DNA of 64,000 nt from Eledone cirrhosa (GCA_964016885.1 OZ024743.1:67022001-67086000), one strand, 5' to 3'. Counted from the first letter of the stretch, positions 15,433 to 29,752 are shown. The notes: generated by a model not told the origin, from the letters alone. Program-made: numbers and translations.

Positions 15433-16030
15433 TGTGTTGAACAAAGGACTAATTTTGGGATGGACGTAGAAAAATTCTTCAGAAAAAAATAATTGTTTAC
15501 AAACTTGGCAGGTGCGATTTGCCTGTGACCATTCTCAACACAAAGGAATCCCCTGAATAAAGGAATTTTTCGAGAATGACCGGGGCAGGCCGCACTTGCT
15601 ACATTTCTCCCCACCCAACCCTACTCACCGTCTCAACCCATTACTGCTATTAACACTTTTTCAACACACCTACACCCATACACTTATTAAAAGGGGGAGA
15701 AAAAACCCCCCCAAAAAACAACCACAGCACAGGCATGTTAAATCCCTATATATAGAACAACACACCACATAGACATCAGTTTGACAAGCGCACCTCAGCG
15801 TGAAAGGTCGTTCTAAAAACGAAACAATACCTCCTACGTTAACCAAGAACTCCTAAGACCTAACTTAATTTATAAAATAATTTTTTTAAGAAAAAAATTT
15901 TTTTTCTAATCCGGAAAAAATTCTTTTTGGATTTTGTGAAGAAAATAAATTTGTTGAAAGCACAAGTGAAGCCATTTTTTCTTCCCCCCTGTCTTAATAT
16001 ACCTAACTGTACCAAGGATTACACACATTT

Positions 16031-16035
<5 letters not shown>
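15433..16035 (+). mobile_element. PLE 3' terminal repeat with 34-nt tail (16002-16035) ending in (TA)n
   Basis: Tail cctaactgtaccaaggattacacacattttccaa is absent from the mirror arm and nearly identical to the tail at 63825-63858. Confidence 0.75.
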
Positions 16036-16106
<71 letters not shown>

Positions 16107-16173
16107 AAGGTTTAGCAAATAATGAAAAAGTTTCAAAATAAATTTTTAAAAATTGACTTTACCTACTATAGTT

Positions 16174-16256
16174 ACCTTTACCAATCGGTTTCGAATCCCA
16201 AAAATAAACGGAGGCCATACGGCCTTCGTTGCAAAGAAAGATTCTCGTCAGAAGGT
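16174..16256 (-). ncRNA. Type-I hammerhead ribozyme with canonical core and extended stem II
   Basis: ACCTT-CTGACGA-GAATCT...AACGAAGGCC gtat GGCCTCCGTT...GGATTC-GAAA-CC gatt GG-TA-AAGGT. Confidence 0.85.
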
Positions 16257-16397
16257 TCTTTTCATTCGAAGAATATAAAATTCTTGAATTTAAATTACGA
16301 ACTAGCGCTATCCAAAACTGTTCCCGAGATGAGAGTGAATGAAGTGGAATCAATTTTTTCAAGGGCCGAAGTAAAGATAGAGGCAGAGGGAGGTAGG

Positions 16398-16455
<58 letters not shown>

Positions 16456-16515
16456 GTTAATATGCATAAGGAAAGTATATACTTTCAAACGTTCAATCGA
16501 CTGACAGGAAGGTAT

Positions 16516-16558
16516 ACGGTGCTGATGACAGCTAATAAGCTAGAAACTAGTTCATCGT
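16516..16558 (+). ncRNA. Minimal type-I hammerhead ribozyme
   Basis: ACGGTG-CTGATGA-cAGCT aata AGCTa-GAAA-CTAG-TT-CATCGT; palindromic ACTAGT stem III. Confidence 0.75.
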
Positions 16559-16951
16559 TCCTTTGTCAGTGTTGAACAAAAGGGCAACGATGGTTGTCGT
16601 ACACTGTACGGCTTAATTCGGGCTGTTTGTTTACAAACAAACCGAACATTATAATAAATGTTCGGTAAACCCATACGTACATATATATATATGTGCATGT
16701 ATGTATGATTATACATACTACTGTACGTCTGTATACATATATGTATGTACGTATACATACTTATATTTAAGTATCAGCCGTACTAAGAGTGAGAAATGAA
16801 ACTTCATTTTTTCCATTTATATATATATATATATGTGTGTGTGTAACTCTATCACGCTATTATATGTTCCAGCCGACAGGCTAAGGTCATGCTGGGGCAC
16901 CGCCATATATATATATATACATATATATATAAAGAGAGAGAGAGAGAGAGA

Positions 16952-17046
<95 letters not shown>

Positions 17047-17421
17047 TTACAAAATTGTTATTTAAAACACCACATTCTAGTAGAATGGTAGCAACATTTA
17101 TTACATAACATTGAGACGAGTTTATTTGTATGTGTTACATATCAGTCCAGGGTCGCTAATATGTGACTTCTTCAATAACATTTTATCGAATACCACTACT
17201 TAAATGTAGACACAACAAATTTGCAAAGTGGAATCCATAAATTGTTACATTTGGATTATATTGTAGAACTACCACACGATTTACCAAACGAAATAACTCG
17301 ATCGTTGAGTAAGCGGCTTCAGTTTCGTGTTACATAATTTGTTACACTAACGGAAACTCAATAATACTATCTCTCTCTCTATCTATCTCTAAATCCCTCT
17401 CTCTCGCTCTCGCGCTCTCTG

Positions 17422-17585
<164 letters not shown>

Positions 17586-17725
17586 TGCCTTTGTTATTCT
17601 AAATATAATTTTTAAAGAATTCACTTTTCTTTAAACTCATCAACCAATGACCTCCACCCATCCCAATCACCACCCTATCCTACCACCAGAAAAGATATAA
17701 ATACCACCATATTACTCGGACAGTC

Positions 17726-17776
17726 GGCTTCCTGATGATTTCTCCAGAATTAAACAGTTCTAGTCCTGCAGAAGCC
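17726..17776 (+). ncRNA. Decayed HHR; family copies at 30673-30730 and 61335-61380
   Basis: GGCTTC-CTGATGA-TTTCTCCAGAAT-(T)AAA-CAG ttctagtc CTG-(C)A-GAAGCC; the three-copy consensus has a canonical core. Confidence 0.6.
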
Positions 17777-17777
17777 T

Positions 17778-17830
<53 letters not shown>

Positions 17831-17837
<7 letters not shown>

Positions 17838-18034
17838 GTGAGGGTTTTTTTACAAAATGAAAAATAACCGAGGTGTCCTACACGAGTGAAAGTATAAAAG
17901 AAAAATAGATGAAATCGAAAATGCAACTGGAGTCTTATTTTTTAAAAAGATATATATATATTTATTTGGTTCCTTTACCGGTTTCGCAGTTCTTCTGCTT
18001 TTCAAAAGTAGAGTTGAGATGGAGGGTCTGTGGT

Positions 18035-18035
<1 letters not shown>
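17831..18035 (-). mobile_element. Solo pLTR arm plus tail of the 10145 family, with U3-A8 HHR at 17973-18008
   Basis: Reverse complement of about 10303-10502; flanked by (TA)n. Confidence 0.85.
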
Positions 18036-18073
<38 letters not shown>

Positions 18074-18106
18074 AATTATGAGTTCATGCAATTGACTTAT
18101 GTTTCG

Positions 18107-18178
<72 letters not shown>

Positions 18179-18207
18179 TTTATTAAAATAACAGATTAAA
18201 GGATTAA

Positions 18208-18258
18208 AGTTTAAGCAAAGAATCGCTGCTTTCACCCTTAATGGGATCTTCTGAAACT
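18208..18258 (-). ncRNA. HHR-like motif with U4A core
   Basis: AGTTT-CAGAAGA-tCCC attaa GGGt-GAAA-GCAG cgattct TTGC-TT-AAACT. Confidence 0.55.
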
Positions 18259-18479
18259 AAACAAATCAATCTGTGAACGCAGAAGTAAATATTTCGAAAA
18301 ACGTTAGAAATATTTAGATGTTGTCTCTGCATGATGAATATATATATATATGTATATATATAACTGAAATTCGAAAACAATCTGATGAAAATGTAGAGAA
18401 ACACCACCCCATGGCCAGTATTATACAAGATTCAACAAATACCAGTGAAAGTCAACGATTACTTAAAAGCTCTGGGCAA

Positions 18480-18650
18480 TGTCTGGCCTTGTCGTGGCGA
18501 GGAGACTTGCGTGTTCCGTAGATAGTTTTACTGACTGGAGCTTTGCTCCCGTTAAGGCCACCATAGGCAGGCCGGTCTCCTGAGGAGGTTACAGATCAAC
18601 TGTAACCCACAGTGTGTTGGGTCGCCGCCAAGATGGCAGCTTCATCATAC
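18480..18650 (+). mobile_element. RTE-clade 5'-UTR-like fragment
   Basis: gccttgtcgtggcgaggagacttgcgtg...gccaccatagg resembles BovB/Expander 5' leaders as recalled. Confidence 0.45.
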
Positions 18651-20185
18651 GACTATTCTGCGGAGCGCCAACAGATCGCCCAGAAGAACCATCAACTTGT
18701 TACGAAATCGATGATGATATCCCTGGAATAACTGCATGATGATGTCTCTTGGATTACTGACCTATGATAACCGCAGTCTCATTGGCAAGAGTTACATCAC
18801 TTTAAAAATAAGATAATGGTTTCTACTTTAGGAAAAAAGTCAACAGCTGTTTGTGAGATAAATGATATGGTAATAATGGTATATTTGGTTATCGCTGAAC
18901 GTGAAGTAATGGTTTCTGATTTAAGCACAAGACCAACAATTTTGGGGGAGGAGAAAGTCAATTAAATTGACCCAAGTGCGTTACTGGTACTTTATTTTAT
19001 CGGCCATGTAAGAATGAAAGGCAAATTAACGATGGCTAGATTTGAACTCACTGTTTACATTTTTCGGCTTAGCCAGGTGAGGTCCTGTTTATCTCTTAAC
19101 TGTCCAATCTTCTCCCCGTCCGGCCATAAACTCAAACACTATCGAGAGGACAACTATGTCCACTGGGACAATATGTCAAAACTCCGAGGTGAAAACGGTC
19201 AAGATGTGATAAACTTCATGACAACGGCCTACTAACAGTAATCCGGTGCTGGCCTGTCAAAATTGACAGAGTGTGAGTATGATGTGTGTGTGTGTGTGTG
19301 TGTACCTGTCTGTGTGTGTGTGTGTGTACCTGTCTGTGTGTGAGTGTGTGTGACAGTGTGTGTGAGTGTGTGTGACAGTGCGTGTGTGTGTGTGTGCGTG
19401 TGTGTTTATGTGTTTGCCTGTGTGTCGGGGAAGATACATCTCTACTTACGTTTATTATTTGTTTATGACAAGTAATCTAAAATGGATCGATAAAATAAGA
19501 ATCAGATTTGCAAAATTGTGATGGGATTGATGTGATTGACGAAATCTGTTGAAGGTGGTGACCCAGCATGGCCACACTCAATTGACTGAATCATGTAAAA
19601 CTAACTGCAACGAAAACAACAAAAACAAGCAACAACGTACCACAATTTATATTGCACAGAAAAAATAGTAAAATGACAAGGAAAAAAAATCAGCTTCCAC
19701 ATAAAATCTAAACTGATGTAAAATACACACACACATATCTACATTTACATACAAGAATTCTGAACACTCTTCAAGATCTTAGAAGTGAACCTGGTGATGA
19801 TAAATAGGTTTCGCTTAAAACCGTTAAAAACAAGATAAGGATGATTTCTCATCTCTTACTGATTTAAAATCTAGCCACAAGGCCAGACATTTACTGGTGG
19901 AAGTAGAGGTAGAAGTAATGTCGATATATCTGCTCTAGTACTTATGTTATTGACCCCCGGAAGGATGAAAAGCAATGTGAAGTCAGCCTCAAAGGTATTC
20001 GAACACAAAATAAGGAGATGCAAGAAAAATTTTCATATGTTATTCAGTGCAATGATTTTTAAGTTTTTGTCACTAAAAACCAAAGTTAATATATAAAAAC
20101 AGAAGCTGAAGTAAAATTAGAAAAATGTCTGACAATTTTGAGAATATATGCAAAGAAGATAATAATAAGAAAAATAATGATGATC

Positions 20186-20240
<55 letters not shown>

Positions 20241-20289
20241 CTAAATTGAATTCTTACCAGTAGATAAATCGTCGTTGAAACGTGAAAAC

Positions 20290-20324
<35 letters not shown>

Positions 20325-20332
20325 TGTGTATA

Positions 20333-20539
<207 letters not shown>

Positions 20540-21001
20540 TTATTTATTTATTAACTTTTGTACAAAGCGATTAGCAAGACGCTCAGTTAAAGTGAAAGGA
20601 ATCAGATTTAGAGCGATAATGCATACAATGTTATATAAACAGTGCTAATATGAAGAGACACTTGAAAACGAAGAAAAAATTCAAGGTGCATACTGATATA
20701 TATATATATATACACATGTGTGTGTTATATGTGTATGTATGTATTTTTTCTTTTATATTTATATATTATATATGAATATATATATATACAAGACACACAC
20801 ACACAGACACACACAGGCACACACACACACCGACACATATATATATATATAATATATATATAAATATATATAATATATATATATATATAGTATATATATA
20901 TAGTATATGTATATAGTATATATATATATTTATATAGTATATATATATATATATATATATAGTATAAATATAGAGTATATGTATATATATATATATATAT
21001 A

Positions 21002-21045
<44 letters not shown>

Positions 21046-21053
21046 TATATATT

Positions 21054-21090
<37 letters not shown>

Positions 21091-21104
21091 TATATATATA
21101 TATA

Positions 21105-21148
<44 letters not shown>

Positions 21149-21203
21149 TATAGTATATATATATATATAGTATATATATATATAGTATATATATATATAT
21201 ATA

Positions 21204-21243
<40 letters not shown>

Positions 21244-21326
21244 TATATATATATATATAGTATATATATATATATATATATATAGTATATATATATATAT
21301 AGTATATATATATATATATATATATA

Positions 21327-21433
<107 letters not shown>

Positions 21434-21972
21434 CACATTTTTCATTTAAATGCATTAGCCTGTCTATCTATCTATCGATTTATCTATCCAGCTACACGAG
21501 TGTAATGATATAAAATATAACGAAGAAAACGGAGTGTGAATAATAAAACTAAAGAATATAGTGTGATGTAGTTATGTAATTTGAGATAACTGGAAATGGT
21601 AACATTTTCATTTTTCTCAATCATTTCTTTTCTTCGTGTGACGCCTGTTATTTGTTTCTGTTTTTTGTTTAGACATAATATATTAGCAAATATTGAAAAA
21701 CTCATTCAATTAAATACAGACAGACAGACAGACAGGCAGATAGACAGACAAATTTCTGTTTATTTGCCACGAGGGCACAAAAGAAAGGGACATGTACATG
21801 GGGGGGGGGGGTACATATAAATCGAGTAAGAAAAATGTAATAAATAAAATTGTAACAAGAAGGTCCTCAATAGGGAGGGATCGTTTTGGGGTCAAACATA
21901 CCCCCGAAAAAAAATGTGCGACCCTTCTCCACGGGAGCACAAAGAGAGGGTGCTCCCTTCTTCCTTTTCCAC

Positions 21973-24900
21973 CTATAGGCTGAGGTAGAGAGAAGGGCCA
22001 TTCACACGGGCCATTCTCGCAACATTCACCCACCTTTCATAAAACTGGCTGGGGTGGAGCACCTCTCTCTCCATCCTGATCCTACTTCCGAAATGGTATC
22101 GGAAGAAAAGGACCAGTTGTTGGCCGGAAAGAAAGGGGTCCGACCTCAGCCCTTTTAGACGCGTCCACCATACAACCTTTTTACCATGGCTATTACACAG
22201 AGGAGATAGCCTCTCCTTAATTTTTGAAGCGGGGAGGCGGGTTGATCGTTACAATGGACTCGGAGGTCAACCTAATTGGTCCCACCCGTGACAGCAGTTG
22301 TTCGACATAGCCCCACAGATCGACAACGCCCGGACAGTGCACCAATGCGTGCGCGACGGTTTCCTCGTCGCGCACGCATCTGGGACAGATCTTTTTCGAG
22401 GGGTCCCTACCCGAGCGCCCGTGTCTGTAGAGCTTATCCCGAACAGGCAGAGCCCCTCGGTAGCACTACCAGGCCAAGGACTTCTGGAAGTTGTCCATAG
22501 GTCCCGGGCCGAAAGTCCTACCGAATAGGCTGGCCAGTTCGTCCTCCTCTATGCCTAGGGTTTCTCCGACGGCGTCATCGCACCTGCTAACCACCAGCCC
22601 TCTATAGAATGACGAGGTGGAGTCTCCACCGATAGCCGGGTCCGCCTGCCAGAGAGCCGTGAGCGCCTGGGCAAACTCGGTGTGCCAGTCGCCCAGTTTT
22701 CTCGGTCTTTGCTTCACCCAGGACTGCAGCTCGGTGAGCGAGACGAGCCTCGGGAAGGCTCGCCTCACAAACGGGGCCCACACCGGTTGACCGGTGAGGA
22801 ATACCTGGAGGCCCCGTAGCCTCAATGCGTGTTTACGCATTTTTAGCCATGGCATCCCCAGCTCTCCTTTCAAAGGGTGTTGACAGCAGATGGATCTCCT
22901 CACCAGGGGAGACCACTTCTTCCAAAGGAAGTGAAAAAGAGCGCGCTCCATTTTGGCGAGGATCTCACCCGGGCAAGGCACGACAGTCAAGCGGTAATAG
23001 ATGACGGACGCTATGTAAGCGTTCGCCACCTTCGCCCGACCTTTCAGGGATAGTTTGCACTCGACCCACTTCTGGGTCAGTGCAAACACCCTATTCGTCA
23101 CCTCACCCCAGTTTTTCTCCACCTGGAGGTCCGGTCCGAACCAGACACCAAGCAACTTCAACGGGCCCTCCGTCCACCGTTAGACGATACCGTCGGACGA
23201 CATCGGTTTGCCCTTCCACTCGCAGAGTTGCAAAGCGACTGACTTGTCCCGGTTCAGCTTAGCCCCTGTCAACCTTTCGTACTCCTCCAGTAAGGTGCCG
23301 ATTGCCTCGAATTCCGCGATTGCCTCGAATACTGTTACGTCATCGGCGTAGGCCGACACCGCTTTGCGCAATCACGGTTCCAAAGGGAGGCCCTGCAGCA
23401 ACTCCAACTTCCGCAGTAGTGGCTCGAGAGCCAATACATACAGAAGGGAGGAGAGAGGGCACCCCTGTCGGATGGAGCGGGTGATTTCGAACGGCTCCGA
23501 GAGGTAGCCGTTCACCTTGACTCTAGAGCAGATGCGGCTGCTGTGCATGGCAGTGATCCAGCCCCTGAAAACGGGTCCGAAACCAGCCGCCGCTAGCACC
23601 GCATCCAGGTAACCATGGTCCACCCTATCGAAAGCTTTAGACTGATCTAAATTTATCAGGGCCCCACCAAAGACGGGTTCGTTCCCAACCCTCTCTATGA
23701 TGTATCGCATGAGGTGGAGGTTGTCGTGGATGGACCTGGACGGGATAGCGCATGTCTGCGTATCTCCCACCAGACGCCCACGACAAGCGCCAACCTCTTC
23801 GCCAACACCTTGGCCAAAATCTTTAACTCTGCATTTAGCGGAGTTATGGGCCTAAAATTACTAATGTCATCCCCCTTGTTCTCGTCCTTCCTCACTAGCG
23901 AGACTACGCCCGTGGTCACAGGACAGGGAATTCTCCCGTTCTGTTGCCAGTTGCAGTAGACCGCCTCGAGGAGATCGGGGAACAAATCCGGCAAATTAAT
24001 ATATAGTTCGTAGGGCAGACCATCGAGGCCTGGAGATTTGCGTTTGCCGCATAGGCTTAGCACGTCCCCTATTTCAGCAGCTGAGATCGGCCGGTTGCAG
24101 GACCTCGCCTCCTTGTCCGAAAGACGCGACAGGCCGTCGAGGTATGGACCGAAATCCACATCCCCAACAGCCCCTCCCGAATAATCGGGCAAAGTGCCTT
24201 TGAAAGGCCTCGCATATTTGCTTAGGTTCAAGGATCACCCGTCCATCCTGGTCTCGCAAAGACCGGATAGTGGATCTAATCCCACCTTTGGCTTCTGTCA
24301 CGCGGGCCCAGCTAACAGCTTTGGTCCCCTCGTTTCCCAGAGCACGTATTTTGCTTCGAACAACGCAGCCTTCGTGTTTCGCGTCGAAGAGCTGGCTCAA
24401 GGCCGTTCTCGACGCTTGCACTCTGGCCACGTTGCCGCTTCTCATTGCCTCTTCAACATTAACTACCAACTCCCTTTCCTTTCTATTTCTATCTGAGGCT
24501 AACTCCTTACTAACTCCTATTGAAACTACTCTGTCTCTTTTCAGAGAGCCCCACCACCTGCTGTTGACGATGGCGCTCGTCAACCGCTCCTTAACTAAGG
24601 TTCTAATCCGGTCCCTGTAAGCTCTACTTGCCGGTAAGGACAAATTGAGCTTCCAGTAACCGGGTCCCTGCCTATGCGTTCTATCAAGGTGGACTACGCA
24701 GGTCACTAACTTGTGGTCTGAATAGCCCACCATGAGCATTTCTGGACAACTTAAAAAGTCCCTATCCTTAATTCTAACTAAGAACCTATCTAGGTACGAT
24801 CTAGATTGAGCGCTATGGTTTGTCCAAGTACAGGTTGGCACAGTCGGAAAATCTAGTCGATATCTATCGGCTAGGTCAAATCGGCCGATTAACCCCTTGA

Positions 24901-25393
24901 GGTTGTTACACTCCCCTCTATTGGGACATGCCCCTACATATTCCCAACGTGCATCTAGGATACCATTCCAGTCCCCCACTAAAAGCAAGGAGCGGGACGT
25001 CCCTAGAAAAGTCTCCAGACGCTGGAAGAAATCCGACCACATTGCCCCAAAAGGGGCGTAAACGACGACAAGCCTAAAAGCTTCGCCTTCACCACTGCCA
25101 ATGTCCAGAACCACCAGTCGACCCTCCGGGTCCAAGTGTACCGTCTGTGTAGCGAGACCCAGATGTTTTTGCAGCAAAACAACAACCCCACCCCCACCTC
25201 CGGGCTGACAGAGAGATGCGTGCATCTCAAAGTCATCAAAGGTGGGGGCTAGTTGTCGCACGCTGCTGATCCGGGCCTCGCAAATAACCATCAAACTTAT
25301 ACATCTTGACCTGAGGTCATTTAGAAGTTTAGCTTGCTTCCAAGGTGAGCCCAGGCCACGCGCCGTTAGAAAACCTACTCTTAACACAGCCAT
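21973..25393 (-). pseudogene. LINE ORF2 (AP endonuclease, reverse transcriptase, C-terminal zinc finger), frameshifted
   Basis: ARGL..ICE, LVVVYAP, GDWN, SYLDRF, YSDH; KSPGLDGL, FRPIT, LDQSKAFDRVDH, RQGCPLS, AYADD, LLGVWF; CxxC..ETVAHALVHC. Confidence 0.92.
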
Positions 25394-25416
25394 GTTGGTG
25401 GTAAAGAAAGAGGCAC

Positions 25417-27089
25417 TTACCTCTCTGCGTCCCGGGGTCCGGGCTGTTCAGTTTCCATGGGGGTAGTGGAGGGGTTGTTGGGTGGGGCGTGGGTTTGTAG
25501 TGGTGTGGGGGTATTAGTGTGTGGAGGGGTTTGGGTGCTTGGAATTGTGTGGGTGTTTGAGGAGGGGAGGGGAAAACCTTTCAGGAGGACGCGGTTGAGT
25601 GGCCTGGTGCAGGGTGGCCCCACGTCCTCAGGGTAAATGTTTTTCAATGTTTTAAAAATGTCAAGTGGGACCTTCACCATTTTCAGGTTAGGGAGTCCCG
25701 TTGCCATTGTAAAATTCGGCCCTTCGGTTTGTACCGAAGGGTTGTTGTTTATTTTGTCTGCTAAGTTTTTATTGTTTTTGTTTATGTATGTGTAGAGTTT
25801 TTGTGTTGTGTTTGTTTTTGTCTGTTGTTCTTGAGTGAGCTTGCGTTTTGTTGCCTGTGTTGTGTTGTCAGGTGGGGTTATTTTTGTTTGTGTGGTGTGT
25901 ACGTTTTTTTTCTTTTGACTTTTTGGAAGGGAGCCCCCTCGTCTTCCGAGGAGATGAGCTCCTCTTCCGTATTGGGGGGGGGGGTATATTGCCAGGTTGT
26001 GTTTGCACTGCGTGTGTTTTTGTATTTGTGTTCTGTGGGGAGGGGCTGGGTGGGACCGTGTTTTGGGTTGTTTTCTTGAGCTGTTGTTGTTGATTTTGTT
26101 GTTGTGGTGGTTGTGGTGGTGTTAATGTTTGTGGTGTTTGTAATAAAGGTTTCTTTTTTATCAGTTGAGGGCATGCGACCCTCAGGTGACCTCTGCTTGC
26201 GCAGTGGTAACACGCGGGTCGCCTACCCTCAACAGAAATGTTTATGTATGTTTCTCCATCTAAATGAATTCTCTGTGGGATCTTCGCTATCCTTTCTGGG
26301 CTCATCTGCACCAGAAGTTCTACGCTGGTCCCACTAAAGACCTCTATGGGGGACTTTCCAACCGAGATTATAATGTCTTGGTCAAGGTCTAAAACGCCAC
26401 AAAGTAGCCACAAAGTGTTTACTTTGGGTCTTATGCAGTGGCATTTTATTTTTTGAGACCTTCTTCCCATGTAAGACGGGAAAAAGGTGAAGTGGGTGAA
26501 TACAATGGGCGCAATGGAATGTTTTTGCGCCGTTTCTTGGTCCTTCACAAGCACCGAGATGCTACCGAAGAGTTTTCCTTTTTGGATGAACAAAATGTTT
26601 TCCATTTGGTTCCTTAAAACCAGCTCTATCTCACTCTGAGACGGTTGTACTGTTTTTTTTTGTCGCATTCGAGATTGTCCTGAACACCACCGTGCTCGTG
26701 ACAATTTCTCTTTTTATTTCTTCAGGGGAATTAATGCTGAATGAACCATCGGGTTCGAAAGTCACATACCTTTTTGCTTCTTCCAACTTTTGCTTTGCGT
26801 TGGTTAAATCCAAAGGTAGGAACACTTGTGTTTTTTTTACAGTTTCTGCAAAGGAAATTTTGTTGTCGTTGTCTTTCTTGTTATTGTTGTTGTTATCGCT
26901 GTTCACTTTGGTGTTCGTATTGGTAGCGATCATTTTTCCGTTGCTGGTATTATTTCCAATTTGTGTCTTTTCGGTTGTTGACTGTTGTTCCTTATTAACG
27001 TTTTTCGTTAAAGGAACGGGAGGAAGCTGGGCACTTTGTGCTTTCAATTTTCCTCGAAGATTTTTTTTTCTTTGGGGAGGGTGGCACAA
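25417..27089 (-). pseudogene. LINE ORF1 (gag-like RNA-binding protein with CCHC knuckle), frameshifted
   Basis: ISFAETVKK near the N-terminus, VEGRRPACYHCASRGHLRVACP knuckle, low-complexity C-terminal region; lies directly upstream of ORF2. Confidence 0.8.
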
Positions 27090-28204
27090 TGAGTTGTATT
27101 AATGCCGTCCATTACTACAAGCCTAATTCACAAAAATGCAAGATGAAAACTTTCACCCCAAAAAGGGGCGAAAACAATAATAACCCCAACGTCTGCAGGC
27201 CCAAACGAGGGGTTAAACTATATTACAATAGAAAAAAAGAAAAATAATCTAAAAACTCACTCTTTACAAGGTAAAACCAATGTAAAACACAGAGCTGACA
27301 GACAGATAGATATACATACAGAGAGACAGACAGACAGAGAGATAGACAGACATACAGACAGGCAGGCATACAGACAGGCAGGCAGACAGACAGGCAGACT
27401 AACAGATAGACAGACAGACAGATATACAGGCAGACAGATAGACTGAGAGATTGATTGATAGATAGATACATTTCTTTATTTGCCACTAGATAGATAGATA
27501 GCCAGATAGATAGATAAATAGGTAGATGGATGAATATATTAATGCATCACTGTTTCGAGAATTGTCATCGCTTGAACTTTTTTTCATACATGGGTTGCAT
27601 GGACATGACATTTACCCCAGCTAAGGACTTAGATTCCCTTCTTTATATGCTGTAGCGAAGGCAAAAAAAAAGGACATGTTTACGCAACACACATGGAAGT
27701 CGTTTAGATGAAATGATACCTGTGCTTGAAGATTTTTTAAGGGGAGAAAGACCTTGTACTGGACCAATCCCACTCTCTGAACAACGGTGACAGGTATCCA
27801 AAAAGAAGAACAAGTCAACATCATTCGCTGTCATCGAGTGGCAGGTTTTACATCATAGTTTACATTCTCGAATGATGAACGCGTGCTTAACCCACCAACA
27901 GTGAGAGACGTACATACACACATGCATACGATCATAAAGAACACGACTAGTGAGGAAATTACACGTACAATAAAGATATGTAAAACATTCCAAAAATTTT
28001 GCATCTAATGACTGCATGTGCAAATGTACAGATACAAAACATATTCACTTGCACACATATAACTCAAAACATCCACACCCTCACATACAATAACACCCAA
28101 ACCTGCACACATGCATACAGACATGCATAACTATCAACCTAGTTGATGTTGTCTACCTATCCATCCATCCATCCATCCATCCATCCATCCATCCATACAT
28201 ACAT

Positions 28205-28812
28205 GGTGGCTGCCAACTCGTTTTCGAGTACGGCCACTACTTTATATCCATGTAGGAGAACCCCTACCGATGCGCTGCATGAGTGTGACTTTTTAGTCCA
28301 GCCAGCGACTTGAAAACTCTGGTACAAACACTACACTTGTGACAATTATTGACACATAGTGCTGGGCCCATCGTACCATGTGACGACAAGTGCAGAGAGA
28401 TCTCCAGATATAAAGCAATGCCTGTGTCGTGAAGCTTTTATAGTGAGCAAAGGCACTGCACAAAGCCAGTCCCACTCTCTTAACCAAGATGATATTTACC
28501 AAAGAGAATAACAAGTCAACATCATTGGATACCATCAGGGTTGCAGGTGTTATATCAGAGTTTTCCTTCCCCTAGAATTCTGCCTTGACAAAGGCTAAGG
28601 GGTCATCTCTCCCGGTGATTTTGGCTGACCATTGACTCTTAAGAGCTCATTTGCCCTTTGACAGGTTTTGTTTTTAGTCCTGCAAGATGTCCAAAGTCAC
28701 CCTTCTCACCAAGAAACCTTGGTGGGGTTGCCAGTTTAGTCGCCAACGACCCGACCATGAGACAGGTTGTACTGGGATACATGTTACCTGTAGCACCAAC
28801 TGGTGACCTAAC
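28205..28812 (-). mobile_element. Unclassified ~600-bp non-coding interspersed element; relatives at 27590-27850, 28860-29335, 57265-57375
   Basis: Close reverse complement of 62425-63007; both flanked by TACA/TA microsatellites. Confidence 0.85.
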
Positions 28813-29752
28813 ATACGATCATACATACATACATATATACAAACATACATATATGCTGGTGCAAACTCTGCTAAGAGTATTGCAATCGCTTGTCAGTTAT
28901 AGAGATGCACTTTTAGGTACGGCCAGCCACATGACCCTGTAACACATCCTGAACAAGCAATGTTCTTTGAAGGTTTTTAAAGTGGGGAAAGGTATTGCAC
29001 TCGACCAATCCCACTCTTTGAGCATCAAAAACACTACCCGAAAAAGAGAAATGGTCAACATCATCGGATGCTTCCGAAACCGCAGGTTTGTTGTGACAAC
29101 AACTGGGGGGCCTTTCACTCCCAGGTGAAAAAAAAAGTACTATTTGGATGACCGTTGGCTCTGCTGAGTTCCTCCGCCATTTGCCGGGTCTTGTATTTCA
29201 TCCCGCAGGGTGTCCAAATATCACTCTCCTCACCAAGCATGCTTGGTGGGGTTGCCGGTTTAGTCGTCGACGACCTGACTATGAGACAGGTTGTACTGGG
29301 TTACATATTACCAGTAGCACTCGAGGGCGACCTGATACACATACATACATACATACATACATACATACATACATACATACATACATACATACATACATAC
29401 ATACATACATACATACATACATGCATGATGGCTGCAATTCAACTTTTAGTAATGCTATCACTTGATACTTGAGGATCACGTACGTGGCCTTTTAGTCCTT
29501 ATTCTCTTCTGTTTCACTATTTATCTCCTTTTTATATTTTTTCCTTGAGCTAAGGCCCTCTATATTTGTGTTATTCGCCTAAAGGCATAAGCTGTCTCTG
29601 CCTGATTCGTTATGTCCCAATGGGCACTGGAAAGAAAGGTATCGATAAAAAAAAACGAAACTGTAGTGATGGCCGCATGTTGACTGAGGAGATGGGACTG
29701 TCCGTCTTTCTGTTGTTTCTTTCCAGTGTCTTTGTCCTGTGCGCTCCTTATT

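Larger units (their letters stand above)
21751..27297 (-). mobile_element. Near full-length Tx1/L1-clade LINE flanked by (GACA/GATA)n
   Basis: ORF1 with zinc knuckle, ORF2 APE-RT-CCHC, 3' AATAAA near 21759-21764; multiple frameshifts. Confidence 0.92.

Noticed and set aside
18580-18615. HHR at CTGAGGA-GGTTACAG/CTGTAACC
   Set aside because: The hairpin is good but no GAAA or stem III follows
29684-29712. CTGAGGA plus hairpin
   Set aside because: 3' half of the core is absent
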